Assembly (NCBI GenBank): GCA_963666115.2
Contig: CAXXET010000006.1
Location: 448,001 to 512,000, forward strand
DNA: 64,000 bases
Origin: Dehalococcoidia bacterium
Lineage (GTDB): Bacteria > Chloroflexota > Dehalococcoidia > UBA6926
Direction of reading: 5' to 3'
In this document: positions 50,963 to 59,457 of the stretch, piece after piece
Layout of the letters: each line of letters starts with the position of its first letter
Numbering within the stretch: the stretch's first letter is position 1
The notes under the pieces: model-generated
The model's database searches: none
What the model was told of the DNA's origin: nothing
Seen by the model: only the letters and a program-made list of their open reading frames with translations
Program-made: the position numbers and the translations under genes

Positions 50963-51596
50963 TGCTCCCGTCCGTCAGCAGGGCCACAAGACGATCCCGC
51001 AGACCGGCCTCATCGCCGGCGGTGATCATGGCGCGCGTCTCGTGGTCATTCAGCGCGTTCTGCCAGCGGCCTGACGGCGGCCTTTTGCCATCCCGCCGTA
51101 ATCCCTCTCGCACACCAGCGAGAACGTCCAACAACATGCCATATTCCGCAGGCAATGCCTCATCAATCTCCCGGCGCAGGAACGACGCCATCGCGGGGCT
51201 GCGGCCATTTGTTGAGATGGCAACCGTCGCGTCGCCGCGCTTGACGAGGGCGGGGTAGATCCATGTGCAGAGGTCGGTGATGTCCACGACGTTGAGGAGG
51301 CATTTTTCACGCTCCGCCTCCTCGCGGATGTGCTCGCTGAGCGGGCGGTCGTGGGTTGTGGCTGAGATGGCCAGGAACGCGCCCGCAAGATCGCCGGCCT
51401 CGTAGCCGCGGGAGCGCAGTGTAATCTCGCCGCGTTCGGCCATTTCGGTGAATCGGGGACGCTCCCGGGGGCTAATGACGGTAACGACAGCGCCCGCCTC
51501 GACGAGCGCGCCCGCCTTCGTCTGCGCCTCATCATCGTCGCCGATGACGACGCAATTCCTGCCGCGCAGGTCAAGGTAGACGGGAAAGTAACCCAT
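50955..51596 (-). CDS. Precorrin-2 dehydrogenase/sirohydrochlorin ferrochelatase (CysG N-terminal/Met8-like)
   Basis: YFPVYLDL.GR.CVVIG, NVVD, AIST.G.SP; start ATG 51596. Confidence 0.88.
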   Translation of the reverse strand: MGYFPVYLDLRGRNCVVIGDDDEAQTKAGALVEAGAVVTVISPRERPRFTEMAERGEITLRSRGYEAGDLAGAFLAISATTHDRPLSEHIREEAEREKCLLNVVDITDLCTWIYPALVKRGDATVAISTNGRSPAMASFLRREIDEALPAEYGMLLDVLAGVREGLRRDGKRPPSGRWQNALNDHETRAMITAGDEAGLRDRLVALLTDGSSG

Positions 51597-51630
51597 GCCG
51601 CGCCCTCGTGTAGCAGGCCGGGGCCCCTGC

Positions 51631-52488
51631 CTACGACCCTGTGGCGGCGGCCACGGACTCTTGGGCGGGCTGGGAAGCAAAATGGTCGGCCAGCGCAAGC
51701 ACCAGCGGGCCCATCTTGGGATTGACCGGCTCCACGCGCGGCTCCACGCCATGCTCGCGCAGCGCCCGCGTGCAGACGGGGCCGACAGACGCGACGATGA
51801 TTCCCGATGACAGCGCCTCACGAAGCTCGTCGGCAAGACCAACCTGCTCTGCGATGCGGAAGAGGTTGTGCGCCTGCGACTGCGTGGTCAGCATCACCGC
51901 GTCCACGTCCTGCGCGAGCATAAGCGCGATCGCGTCGACGACGGGCCGCGTATCCTCCGGCAGTTGCCAGGAGTACAGCGATACTTCAAGGACGTCCGCG
52001 CCCAGTGCCTGGAGCTCCCCGCGCAGCCACGCGTTCACCTCGCCATAGTGTTGGAGGGAGACGCGCTTGCCGCTCAGATCGATGTCAGATTCCTTGAGCG
52101 CCGCCAGCAGGTCCTCGGACGTGTATGGCGACGGCGAGACGAGCGCTATCGGCACATTGAGCGGCTTGAGGACCGCCACGGGCTTCGGGCCGCGGCAGAT
52201 GACGGTCGTTTCGCGCAAGGCGCCCAGGAACTCATCCTTGCGGCCAAGTTGATCCGCTGCGTTGATGAGGGCGCGCGCGCCAACTCCCGTGAGGAAGACC
52301 GCTGCCTGAATCGTGTAGGCGCAGATGCCGTCGATAACATCACGCACATCCTGCTGCATGGGGAGCGCCGCCTCGCGCAGAGCAGGGGCGCTGATGGCCT
52401 CTCCGCCGTGGCGGGCCACAAGGTTGCCGAGTTCAGAGGGCATTCGCGCCTCAAGGACCACGATTCGCCGTCCCTTAAGGTCCGCCAC
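51631..52488 (-). CDS. hemD: Stand-alone uroporphyrinogen-III synthase (HemD-like)
   Basis: TGVG, RGPKP, Y.W.LP, SVGPV..AL. Confidence 0.8.
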   Translation of the reverse strand: MADLKGRRIVVLEARMPSELGNLVARHGGEAISAPALREAALPMQQDVRDVIDGICAYTIQAAVFLTGVGARALINAADQLGRKDEFLGALRETTVICRGPKPVAVLKPLNVPIALVSPSPYTSEDLLAALKESDIDLSGKRVSLQHYGEVNAWLRGELQALGADVLEVSLYSWQLPEDTRPVVDAIALMLAQDVDAVMLTTQSQAHNLFRIAEQVGLADELREALSSGIIVASVGPVCTRALREHGVEPRVEPVNPKMGPLVLALADHFASQPAQESVAAATGS

Positions 52489-52543
52489 GTCCGCCCCTCT
52501 TTCTCAGTCGATTCCGATCACTCAGTGGTTTGCGTGGTTGACT

Positions 52544-54346
52544 CTACGTCGCGCACTCGCCCTCGCCGCGCTCCATGACGTACAGCACGGACTTGTCGTA
52601 GTCGATGTAGTGGTCGAGGTTCGCCTTGTTGAGCGGCCCGACGTCCTGGTACTCCTTGATGATGTCCTCGAACGGCTCACGTCCCAGCCGGTGGGCGAAG
52701 TCCTTGAACAACTCGCCGTCCTCGCGGTTGTCCTTGTAGTAGCGGAGGAGATGGAACACGGCCTCCGTAACCTTCTTGGCGGGAATCTTGCCGCGCGGGC
52801 GAACGCCGAAGCGCATGTCCGCGTTCTCATGGCTGCCGCCCAGGAAGACCTCATAGGCGGGAATCTGTCCGCCGCCGGGCCCCTTGATGAACGCGCCGTG
52901 GAAGCCGATGTCGGACACGTGGTGGCGTCCGCAGCCGTTGGGGCATCCGCTCATCTTGATGTGCATTTGGTTGATGAGGGGGTCCTCCAGCAGGCCCGTG
53001 TGGCCGTTCGGATTGCGGACGGCGTCCGCGACGGCCTTGTTGAGGCCCATGGAGGACGTAATGCCGAGCTTGCAGCTGTCCGTGCCGGGGCAGGACGTCA
53101 CGTCCGTGATCCGGTTCATGCCGCCCTCGTGCAGGTCAAGCGCGACAAGCTCTTGGTAAACGTCGTAGAGGTAGGCGTTGGGCGTCCAGCGGAGCATGAG
53201 GTTCTGCTCCGGCGTGGTGCGGAGGCGGTAGCTGGCGTACTTGCGGGAGATCTCCGCGGTGCCGTAGAACTGCTCCGGTGAGAGGTCGCCGCGCGTGATG
53301 GTGACGCCGACGTGGCTGTAGCCCTCTGCCTCCTGCGGGATCACGTTCGTCTTTTTCCACGCCTGGAACGCCGCGTCGTCCTCGCCGCGCGGCTCGACGC
53401 CGGTTGGCAGGGCGGGGATGTCGGCTTCCTCGTCATCGTGGAAGAGCAGGTAGTCCTTGTCCTCGTAGTCTTGCGCCCAGTCCTGCTGCAACTCTTCTTC
53501 CACCTGCTCGCGGAATGAGTCGATGCCCTCGGTGTGAATGAGAACCTTGATGCGCGCCTTCATCTTGTTGCGGCGCAGCCACGCGGTGCGGTTGAACACG
53601 CGCAGCATGGCTTCGGACACGCGCAGGAACTCATCGACGGGCACGAACTCATAGATCGTCTCCGCGATCAGCGGCTGGATGGACGTGCCGCCGCCGACGG
53701 TGATCTTGAAGCCCTTGACTTCCTTGCCGTCGATCTCGCGGACACGGGCGACGAAGCCGATGTCATGCATCCCGACGGACGCGCAGTCATTGTCGTTGCA
53801 GGAGAACGCGGGCTTGACCTTGCGCGGCATGTGGAACGTGAAATCGCGCCGCACGAAATTGCGGGCAAACGCGCCCATGTAGGGCAGGATGTCAAATGCC
53901 TGGTCGGGGCAGATGCCGGCCATGGGGCAGCAGGTGATGTTGCGGACGGAGTTGCCGCACGCCTCCTTGGTGCTGAGGCCGACGCTCTGCAGCAAGTGCA
54001 TGGCCAGCGCGGCGTCCTCCAGCTTGAGGTGGTGGAGTTGGACGTTCTCGCGCGTCGTGACGTGTCCCTTGCGGAGCGGCGCCCACTTCTCGGCGATCTG
54101 GCCGATGGCGTCCCATTGGTCGGCGTGGACAAGCCCGCCGGGGATTTTGATGCGGAACATCTGGGAATCCGGCTGCCGTTGGCCGTAGACGCCGAGCCGG
54201 AGCCGGAAGGACATGAACTCGTCCTCCGGGATTTCTCCCGCGCGAAACTCCGTGACCTTGCCTTCGTAGTCGGCGATCTCCTCATCCAGGTATTGGATGA
54301 TGGAGGGTCGGGCGGAACGTTGTCCCGTCTTGGTTGTCGTAACCAC
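52544..54346 (-). CDS. sir: Ferredoxin-dependent siroheme sulfite (nitrite/sulfite) reductase
   Basis: RL..GVYGQ, TTREN.Q, PRK.K, CPG...C and SGCPNGC Fe-S/siroheme ligands; GTG start with SD GGAGG; sits in a cys operon. Confidence 0.9.
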   Translation of the reverse strand: MVTTTKTGQRSARPSIIQYLDEEIADYEGKVTEFRAGEIPEDEFMSFRLRLGVYGQRQPDSQMFRIKIPGGLVHADQWDAIGQIAEKWAPLRKGHVTTRENVQLHHLKLEDAALAMHLLQSVGLSTKEACGNSVRNITCCPMAGICPDQAFDILPYMGAFARNFVRRDFTFHMPRKVKPAFSCNDNDCASVGMHDIGFVARVREIDGKEVKGFKITVGGGTSIQPLIAETIYEFVPVDEFLRVSEAMLRVFNRTAWLRRNKMKARIKVLIHTEGIDSFREQVEEELQQDWAQDYEDKDYLLFHDDEEADIPALPTGVEPRGEDDAAFQAWKKTNVIPQEAEGYSHVGVTITRGDLSPEQFYGTAEISRKYASYRLRTTPEQNLMLRWTPNAYLYDVYQELVALDLHEGGMNRITDVTSCPGTDSCKLGITSSMGLNKAVADAVRNPNGHTGLLEDPLINQMHIKMSGCPNGCGRHHVSDIGFHGAFIKGPGGGQIPAYEVFLGGSHENADMRFGVRPRGKIPAKKVTEAVFHLLRYYKDNREDGELFKDFAHRLGREPFEDIIKEYQDVGPLNKANLDHYIDYDKSVLYVMERGEGECAT

Positions 54347-54401
54347 GTTATCCTCCCTCCGGATAGTACCTACAGGGTACGCCGCCAGCACTACAATCTC
54401 A

Positions 54402-54472
54402 AATCACCCGTCATTCCCGCAATCACCCGTCATTCCCGCAATCGCCCGTCATTCCCGCGAAAGCGGGAATCT
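54402..54472. repeat. Three tandem 19-nt units ending in a REP-like palindrome
   Basis: AATCACCCGTCATTCCCGC x2, then AATCGCCCGTCATTCCCGC-GAAA-GCGGGAATCT. Confidence 0.85.
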
Positions 54473-54490
54473 AGGACTCCATTTCGCAGC

Positions 54491-55702
54491 CTAACCCCTC
54501 GCGGCCTCGATGAGAATCTTCGCCACCTCGGGCCGCGTGAACTCCTTCGGAGGAACCTCGCCGCGCGCGAGCATGTCCCGCACCTGCGTGCCGCTCAGGA
54601 AAATCTTCTCTTCAGGCCCGCACGGGCACGTCTTCATGGAGGCCATGCCGTCGCACCGCTTGCAGTAGAAGGAGTGGTCGAAGTAGAGCGGCGTGATGCC
54701 GAGATCGGCGGAGGGGATGCTGCGGAGCAGGTCCTGCGCATCGTACGTGCCGTAGTAGTTCCCGACGCCCGCGTGGTCGCGGCCCACGATGAAATGCGTG
54801 CAGCCGTAGTTCTTGCGAACGAGGGCGTGGAAAACGGCCTCGCGCGGGCCCGCGTACCGCATGGCGGCGGGCAGCACGGTCAGATGCACCCGATCCTCCG
54901 GGAAGTAACCCTCTATCAGGACTTCGTAGCACCGCATGCGGACGTCCGCGGGGATGTCATCCGGCTTGGTCTCACCGACCAATGGGTGGAGGAGCAGGCC
55001 GTCGACGATCTCCAGCGCCGCCTTTTGGATGTACTCGTGCGCGCGGTGGACGGGGTTGCGCGTCTGGAATCCCACGACGGTGCGCCAGTGCCGCTCCGCG
55101 AACGCCGCGCGCGTCTGCGCCGGGTCCTCGCGGTAGGGGCGGAGTTCGGCTTCCAGGTTCTCGCGCTCGATCACCGTGACCGAGCCTCCGATGAGCATGT
55201 CATGTTGACTGTAGACGGATGCGACGCCGGGATGCGCCTCCTCCGTCGTCCTGAAGACGTTCTGCGCCTCAACTTCCTTGTCGTACTCGTAAACCTCATC
55301 AACGGACAGGACGGCGAGGTGCCTGCCGGTGTTGTCCACCAGCACGACCTCCTGCCCCTGGTTGAGCCCGCGCGCGGTGTCCGCGGGGGCGGAGAGGGTG
55401 ATGGGCAGGCTCCAGAGCGTGCCGTCCGAGAGACGCATCTCATGCACCGTGCGCTCGTAGTCCGCCTTGCCCATGAAACCCGTCAGCGGGCTCATTGCGC
55501 CGACGGCGATGAGGTCAAGGTCTGCCGTTTCGCGCGCGCTCAGGGTGATGTGGGTCAACTCCGGCGCGCGCTCGCGTATTTCGGTTGCCTGGTCCGGGGA
55601 CGCGAACCGGTCGACCAGTGTCCCGCCGTGCGGGGCGATGGTCTCCTCGATGTCCGCGTGGGGCGAGGTCGTGTGGCGTGATGGCTGCGTAGACGTTGTC
55701 AT
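54491..55702 (-). CDS. sat: Sulfate adenylyltransferase
   Basis: PHGG.L, SPL.GFM, FQTRNP.HRAHE, MRYAGPREA, IVGRDHAG. Confidence 0.97.
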   Translation of the reverse strand: MTTSTQPSRHTTSPHADIEETIAPHGGTLVDRFASPDQATEIRERAPELTHITLSARETADLDLIAVGAMSPLTGFMGKADYERTVHEMRLSDGTLWSLPITLSAPADTARGLNQGQEVVLVDNTGRHLAVLSVDEVYEYDKEVEAQNVFRTTEEAHPGVASVYSQHDMLIGGSVTVIERENLEAELRPYREDPAQTRAAFAERHWRTVVGFQTRNPVHRAHEYIQKAALEIVDGLLLHPLVGETKPDDIPADVRMRCYEVLIEGYFPEDRVHLTVLPAAMRYAGPREAVFHALVRKNYGCTHFIVGRDHAGVGNYYGTYDAQDLLRSIPSADLGITPLYFDHSFYCKRCDGMASMKTCPCGPEEKIFLSGTQVRDMLARGEVPPKEFTRPEVAKILIEAARG

Positions 55703-55705
55703 GAT

Positions 55706-56278
55706 CTAGGTTGCCGCCCCCGCCAGCTCTTTGCCCGCGCCGGAGGGGATGATGCCCCGCTGCTCCAGCGCGTCCAGCACCTTGCCGAGGCTCTCTTCGA
55801 CCTCTTCCTGCTCCGTGTCGACGAGAACCTCGGGGGTCAGCGGCTCCTCGTAGGGATCGGAAACGCCGGTGAAGTTCTGGATCTCGCCCTTGAGCGCCTT
55901 TTCGTAGAGGCCCTTGACGTCGCGCCTGACAAGCTCATCGAGCGAGGCGTGAACGTGGACTTCAATGAAATCGCCGATCTGCTCGCGCACCTCATCGCGC
56001 ACTTCGCGGTAGGGGGAGATGGCGGACACGATACTGACGACGCCGTTGCGGGTCAGCAGGTCGCTGACGAACCCGATGCGGCGGATGTTGGTGTCACGGT
56101 CTTCCTTGCTGAATCCGAGCCCCTTGCTGAGGTTCGTGCGAACGACGTCGCCGTCCAGCAGTTCGGACTTGACGCCATGGTCGCGCAGAACGGCCAAAAG
56201 GCGCTCCGCGATGGTGCTCTTGCCGGCGCCCGAAAGGCCGGTGAACCAAACTGTCACTCCCTGGTGGTTGGTGGTCAC
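55706..56278 (-). CDS. cysC: Adenylyl-sulfate kinase
   Basis: [36 protein letters not shown]...PYE; GTG start with SD AGGAGG. Confidence 0.96.
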   Translation of the reverse strand: MTTNHQGVTVWFTGLSGAGKSTIAERLLAVLRDHGVKSELLDGDVVRTNLSKGLGFSKEDRDTNIRRIGFVSDLLTRNGVVSIVSAISPYREVRDEVREQIGDFIEVHVHASLDELVRRDVKGLYEKALKGEIQNFTGVSDPYEEPLTPEVLVDTEQEEVEESLGKVLDALEQRGIIPSGAGKELAGAAT

Positions 56279-56301
56279 TCTCCAATTCCTCCTCTTATTC
56301 C

Positions 56302-57057
56302 TTACGCCGTCGTTGAAACAACCTTGCCCGTCTCCGGGTCGATGTGAATGCCGCATTCGACCTTGTCCTCGAAATCGGACCAGCGGCCCGCCCGCGGGTC
56401 CTCCCCCGGCGCAACCGCCCGCGTGCAATTGGTGCAGCCGATGCTGGGATAGCCGCGGTCGTGCAGGTCGTTGTACGGGATGTTGTTCTCGCGGATGTAG
56501 TTCCAAACATCGTCCTCGGTCCAGTTGGCGAGCGGGTTGACCTTGATGAGGTCGAACTTGGAGTCCCACGCGACGATGGCGACGTCCTTGCGCGTATCGC
56601 CCTGGTCGCGGCGGAGTCCGGCGATCCATGCCTTCTGGCCGGCGAGCGCGCGTTGGTTCGGCTCAACCTTGCGGATTTCGCAGCAGAGATCGGGATCGAC
56701 TTTCCACAACTCCGGCCCGTGCAGTTCGGCCTGCCGCGCAACGGACACGTCCGTCTTGAACCCGATCGGGTGGATGCCGTAGCGGCGGGCGGTCTTGTCC
56801 TTGAGGTTGTGCGTCTCCGGGAACAGGAAGTCCGTGTCCACGTAGAACACGGGCACGTCCGGGTTGATGTTCATGGCCATGTCGAGCAGGACCATGCCGG
56901 ACACGCCGCCGAAGCTGCAGGCGAGCGTGATGTCCGGGAAGAAGTTTTCGATTGCCCAGCGGACGATCTCTCGCGGGTGGGCGTTCTCAAGCTGCGCGCT
57001 GACTTCCGCCAGCCGCTCCTCCGTCCATTCCGTCCGAATCGCTTCCAAGGTTGCCAT
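56302..57057 (-). CDS. cysH: APS/PAPS reductase, [4Fe-4S] type
   Basis: [37 protein letters not shown]. Confidence 0.95.
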   Translation of the reverse strand: MATLEAIRTEWTEERLAEVSAQLENAHPREIVRWAIENFFPDITLACSFGGVSGMVLLDMAMNINPDVPVFYVDTDFLFPETHNLKDKTARRYGIHPIGFKTDVSVARQAELHGPELWKVDPDLCCEIRKVEPNQRALAGQKAWIAGLRRDQGDTRKDVAIVAWDSKFDLIKVNPLANWTEDDVWNYIRENNIPYNDLHDRGYPSIGCTNCTRAVAPGEDPRAGRWSDFEDKVECGIHIDPETGKVVSTTA

Positions 57058-57120
57058 GTGCTTTGGTTCCCCCTCGATACCCCGTGTGCCTGCGAGTTGT
57101 GTTCGTTCTGTCGTTCAGAG

Positions 57121-57155
57121 ATAAGAAAACCGCCCCGTTGCTTGGTGGGGCGGTT
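57121..57155 (-). terminator. Intrinsic terminator inside the cysH leader (attenuator)
   Basis: Minus strand AACCGCCCC-ACCAAGCAAC-GGGGCGGTT followed by TTCTTAT, 63 nt upstream of the cysH start. Confidence 0.8.
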
Positions 57156-57214
57156 GATGCGCTTATGACTGCGTCGTGGAGTCTGCGCGCTCGTGTCCGT
57201 GAGGCCTGCTGCGT

Positions 57215-57325
57215 CTAGCGCGCGGCCTCCCGCCCCGGGACGGGCATGTAACACGAGCAGGTCACTGCGGCGCTCAGCGCCACCGCGACTACTGAAGGAC
57301 TGTGTGTATGGGCGTAGGTATTCAT
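57215..57325 (-). CDS. Putative 36-aa Cys/Met-containing attenuation leader peptide
   Basis: Hand translation MNTYAHTHSPSVVAVALSAAVTCSCYMPVPGREAAR*; lies between the promoter and the leader terminator. Confidence 0.7.
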   Translation of the reverse strand: MNTYAHTHSPSVVAVALSAAVTCSCYMPVPGREAAR

Positions 57326-57349
57326 CGTTCGCACGATTTGCTTATGGGA

Positions 57350-57378
57350 ACTATAAGCGGATGGCAATTGAGTGTCAA
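57350..57378 (-). promoter_or_regulatory. sigma70 promoter of the cys/siroheme operon
   Basis: Minus strand TTGACA-17 bp-TATAGT. Confidence 0.8.
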
Positions 57379-57410
57379 TAGGCTTGTGACGCCTGTCACG
57401 AACCCCACCC

Positions 57411-58118
57411 CTACATATCCGGCTCGCTCACGTTCGCCCGCATGGCCTCCGCCTCCTCCAGGAGCCGCGCAAACAGCGGCCAGATGTCCTCATCGGTTGG
57501 GTCCATTGTTGAGATGGACATCACGCGGTGCAGCACCCCGCTGCTCACCCCCACAGTCTCGGCCCCGCCGGCGTCCGGCAGCGCGACGCCCAGCGCCCGC
57601 GCCACAAGCTCCGCCTGAGTAAGCCCCTTCTCGTCGTTGGGGCAGATCACCATTGCGCTGCCCTCGTGGAGGAGGGTTGTTTCGGCCTCGGTGCGAGACA
57701 GGGTTACCTCGATGAGGCGTTGGGGGCGGGCGAGGAGTTTCTCGGCGTAGTCCCAGGCTTTCTCGGTGTAGGGGGTGGTTTTGTCGAGCAGGAGGCAGGG
57801 TTCGCCGGTTTGGGCGGGGTCGTCCAGGCTCCATTCGCCGTCGGAGTCGAGCGGCCGGGTGCGGATGCCGTCGTCGCCGCCGAAGATCAGCAACGCGTGC
57901 CCCTCGCCGGAGTCCTCGACGATGGCGGCGTAGGCGGGGCAGGGGCCGTCCTCGCTCCAGCCGGTGACGTCAACCATGGCGAGTTCGCCGCGGATGCCCG
58001 GCGCCTCGACGCTGACGACCTCCTTCGGTTCCTCAACCACGCTGAACACGCGGTGCAGCGAGTAGTCGCAGTTATTCCCCGCCTCTACCTCAACCTCAAT
58101 AAACCTGGCCTTCGCCAC
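57411..58118 (-). CDS. Hypothetical acidic protein (235 aa)
   Basis: Long ORF with SD AAGGAG before GTG and genome-like codon usage; no family recognised. Confidence 0.75.
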   Translation of the reverse strand: MAKARFIEVEVEAGNNCDYSLHRVFSVVEEPKEVVSVEAPGIRGELAMVDVTGWSEDGPCPAYAAIVEDSGEGHALLIFGGDDGIRTRPLDSDGEWSLDDPAQTGEPCLLLDKTTPYTEKAWDYAEKLLARPQRLIEVTLSRTEAETTLLHEGSAMVICPNDEKGLTQAELVARALGVALPDAGGAETVGVSSGVLHRVMSISTMDPTDEDIWPLFARLLEEAEAMRANVSEPDM

Positions 58119-58132
58119 GGAAACTCCTTGTT

Positions 58133-58167
58133 CGCGTTCACCCTGAGCTTGTCGAAGGGCGAATGCG
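58133..58167. repeat. REP-like palindrome (CCCTGAGCTTGTCGAAGGG type), copy 1
   Basis: CGCGTTCACCCT-GAGCTTGTCGA-AGGGCGAATGCG. Confidence 0.8.
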
Positions 58168-58174
58168 TAACGAT

Positions 58175-58537
58175 TGGTGGAGGCGGGGGGGAGTTGAACC
58201 CCCCGTCCAAAGGCGGCTCCGGATGCGGCGCTACAGGCTTAGTCGGTCTTTGGTTTCTCGCCGCTCGCGGCCCCGGCCGACAGGAATCGCGAGCAGCCAG
58301 CCGGCGATGGTCTTTCGCTGCGCGTCACCGGCTGACGCGCAGCGGCGCCCCGCTAAAATGTCGCTCCAAAACCGTCCGCAGGGGTAACGACCCGGAACGT
58401 CGCTGCCTAGTGTTTAGGCTGCGAGTGCGAGCTGATTGTCGTTGCCAGCTACTCTTTGTGCCGCGGGATTAACGAGGTCACGGCGCCTCGGCCTGCTCAC
58501 GCACCCTCGCAGACCCCTGTCGAATCCGCGCGCCCCC
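58175..58537 (-). ncRNA. ssrA: tmRNA
   Basis: 5' GGGGGCG..GGATTCGAC and 3' GGTTCAACTCC..CGCCTCCACCA tRNA-Ala-like ends; tag ORF GNDNQLALAA* at 58446..58414; next to smpB. Confidence 0.96.
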
Positions 58538-58594
58538 ACAATGGGTTGGTGCAATGCGGCCACTCCCTGCGTCGCAGCCGCGTTCACTAGTATA

Positions 58595-58629
58595 CCCGTT
58601 CACCCTGAGCCAGTCGAAGGGTGAACGGG
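58595..58629. repeat. REP-like palindrome, copy 2
   Basis: CCCGTTCACCCT-GAGCCAGTCGA-AGGGTGAACGGG, same orientation as copy 1. Confidence 0.8.
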
Positions 58630-58633
58630 GGGA

Positions 58634-59146
58634 TTACCGCCGGGAGGCCAGCGCGCGCGCCATCTCGAGGTCTGCGTCTCGTTTGGCGAGGACCTGGCGC
58701 TTATCAAAGGATTTGCGCCCGCGCGCGAGGCCGAGTTGGAGCTTGGCGCGGTGCCGCGTGATGTAGAGCCGCAGCGGGATGAGAGTGTAGCCGCTGGACG
58801 TGACACGCCGGCTGAGGTCCTCGATCTGGCGGCGGCGCAGCAGGAGCTTGCGCGGGCGCGTCGGCTCATGGTTGTAGATGTTGCCTTGGGCGTACGGGGG
58901 GATGTGCATGCCGTGTATCCACACTTCGCCGTCCGTCACGCGGGCGAACGAGTGCGCGAGTGTGACGCGGCCGGCCCGTATGGACTTGATCTCCGTGCCG
59001 GTGAGGACGATGCCCGCCTCCATGCTCTCCAGGATGTCGTAGTCGAAACGGGCGCGGCGGTTGTCGGACACGAGTCGATCCCCGCCGGCGGCCTTTTCAG
59101 CCGCTGCGGGCTTTGCCCCATTCCGTCGAGCCTTTGACTTCGCCAT
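58634..59146 (-). CDS. smpB: SsrA-binding protein
   Basis: NRRARFDY, EAGIVLTGTEIKSIR, R.RKLLL, GRKSFDKR. Confidence 0.98.
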   Translation of the reverse strand: MAKSKARRNGAKPAAAEKAAGGDRLVSDNRRARFDYDILESMEAGIVLTGTEIKSIRAGRVTLAHSFARVTDGEVWIHGMHIPPYAQGNIYNHEPTRPRKLLLRRRQIEDLSRRVTSSGYTLIPLRLYITRHRAKLQLGLARGRKSFDKRQVLAKRDADLEMARALASRR

Positions 59147-59336
59147 CGTCCCTCCATTATAGGAATCTCATTTTTGGCCAACTTGTGGAAAACTGCCGGC
59201 CTGAGCCGCGTCTTTTGCGTCAATTCGCGGCAGAATACCGACAGAGATTCGCAAAATCTCCGTCCGGCCCTATCTGAGAGGACGCTTGGCAAGGCTTGAC
59301 AGGACGGCATCATCGGTCAAAAATGCTTTGCATTGC

Positions 59337-59382
59337 CTCCCACATATGCGGTTTATCCGGGCCAAATACGGCCATATGGTGA
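59337..59382 (+). promoter_or_regulatory. Two degenerate NrdR-box-like sites upstream of nrdR-nrdJ
   Basis: CTCCCACATATGCGGT and TACGGCCATATGGTGA, 30 bp apart, partial matches to acaCwAtATaTwGtgt; upstream TTGACA at 59296. Confidence 0.4.
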
Positions 59383-59457
59383 GGGGGGGCGGCTTCATTT
59401 GGGGAGTGAGGAGAGAGCGGGAGCGGGCGCCTCATCAGGGCGCGGCGGGACTGAGAG

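Noticed and set aside
54402-54472. Short direct repeats as a CRISPR array
   Set aside because: Units are contiguous 19-mers with no spacers, and there are no cas genes in the window.
57058-57350. SAM (S-box) riboswitch or T-box in the cysH leader
   Set aside because: No SAM-I core or T-box consensus found by eye; a leader peptide with alternative hairpins explains the region better. An Rfam scan would be decisive.
58077-58188. 12/13-nt inverted match between the tmRNA 3' end and the start of the downstream gene, as an att remnant
   Set aside because: att duplications are direct repeats; this is inverted, short, GC-rich and inside coding sequence, so probably chance.
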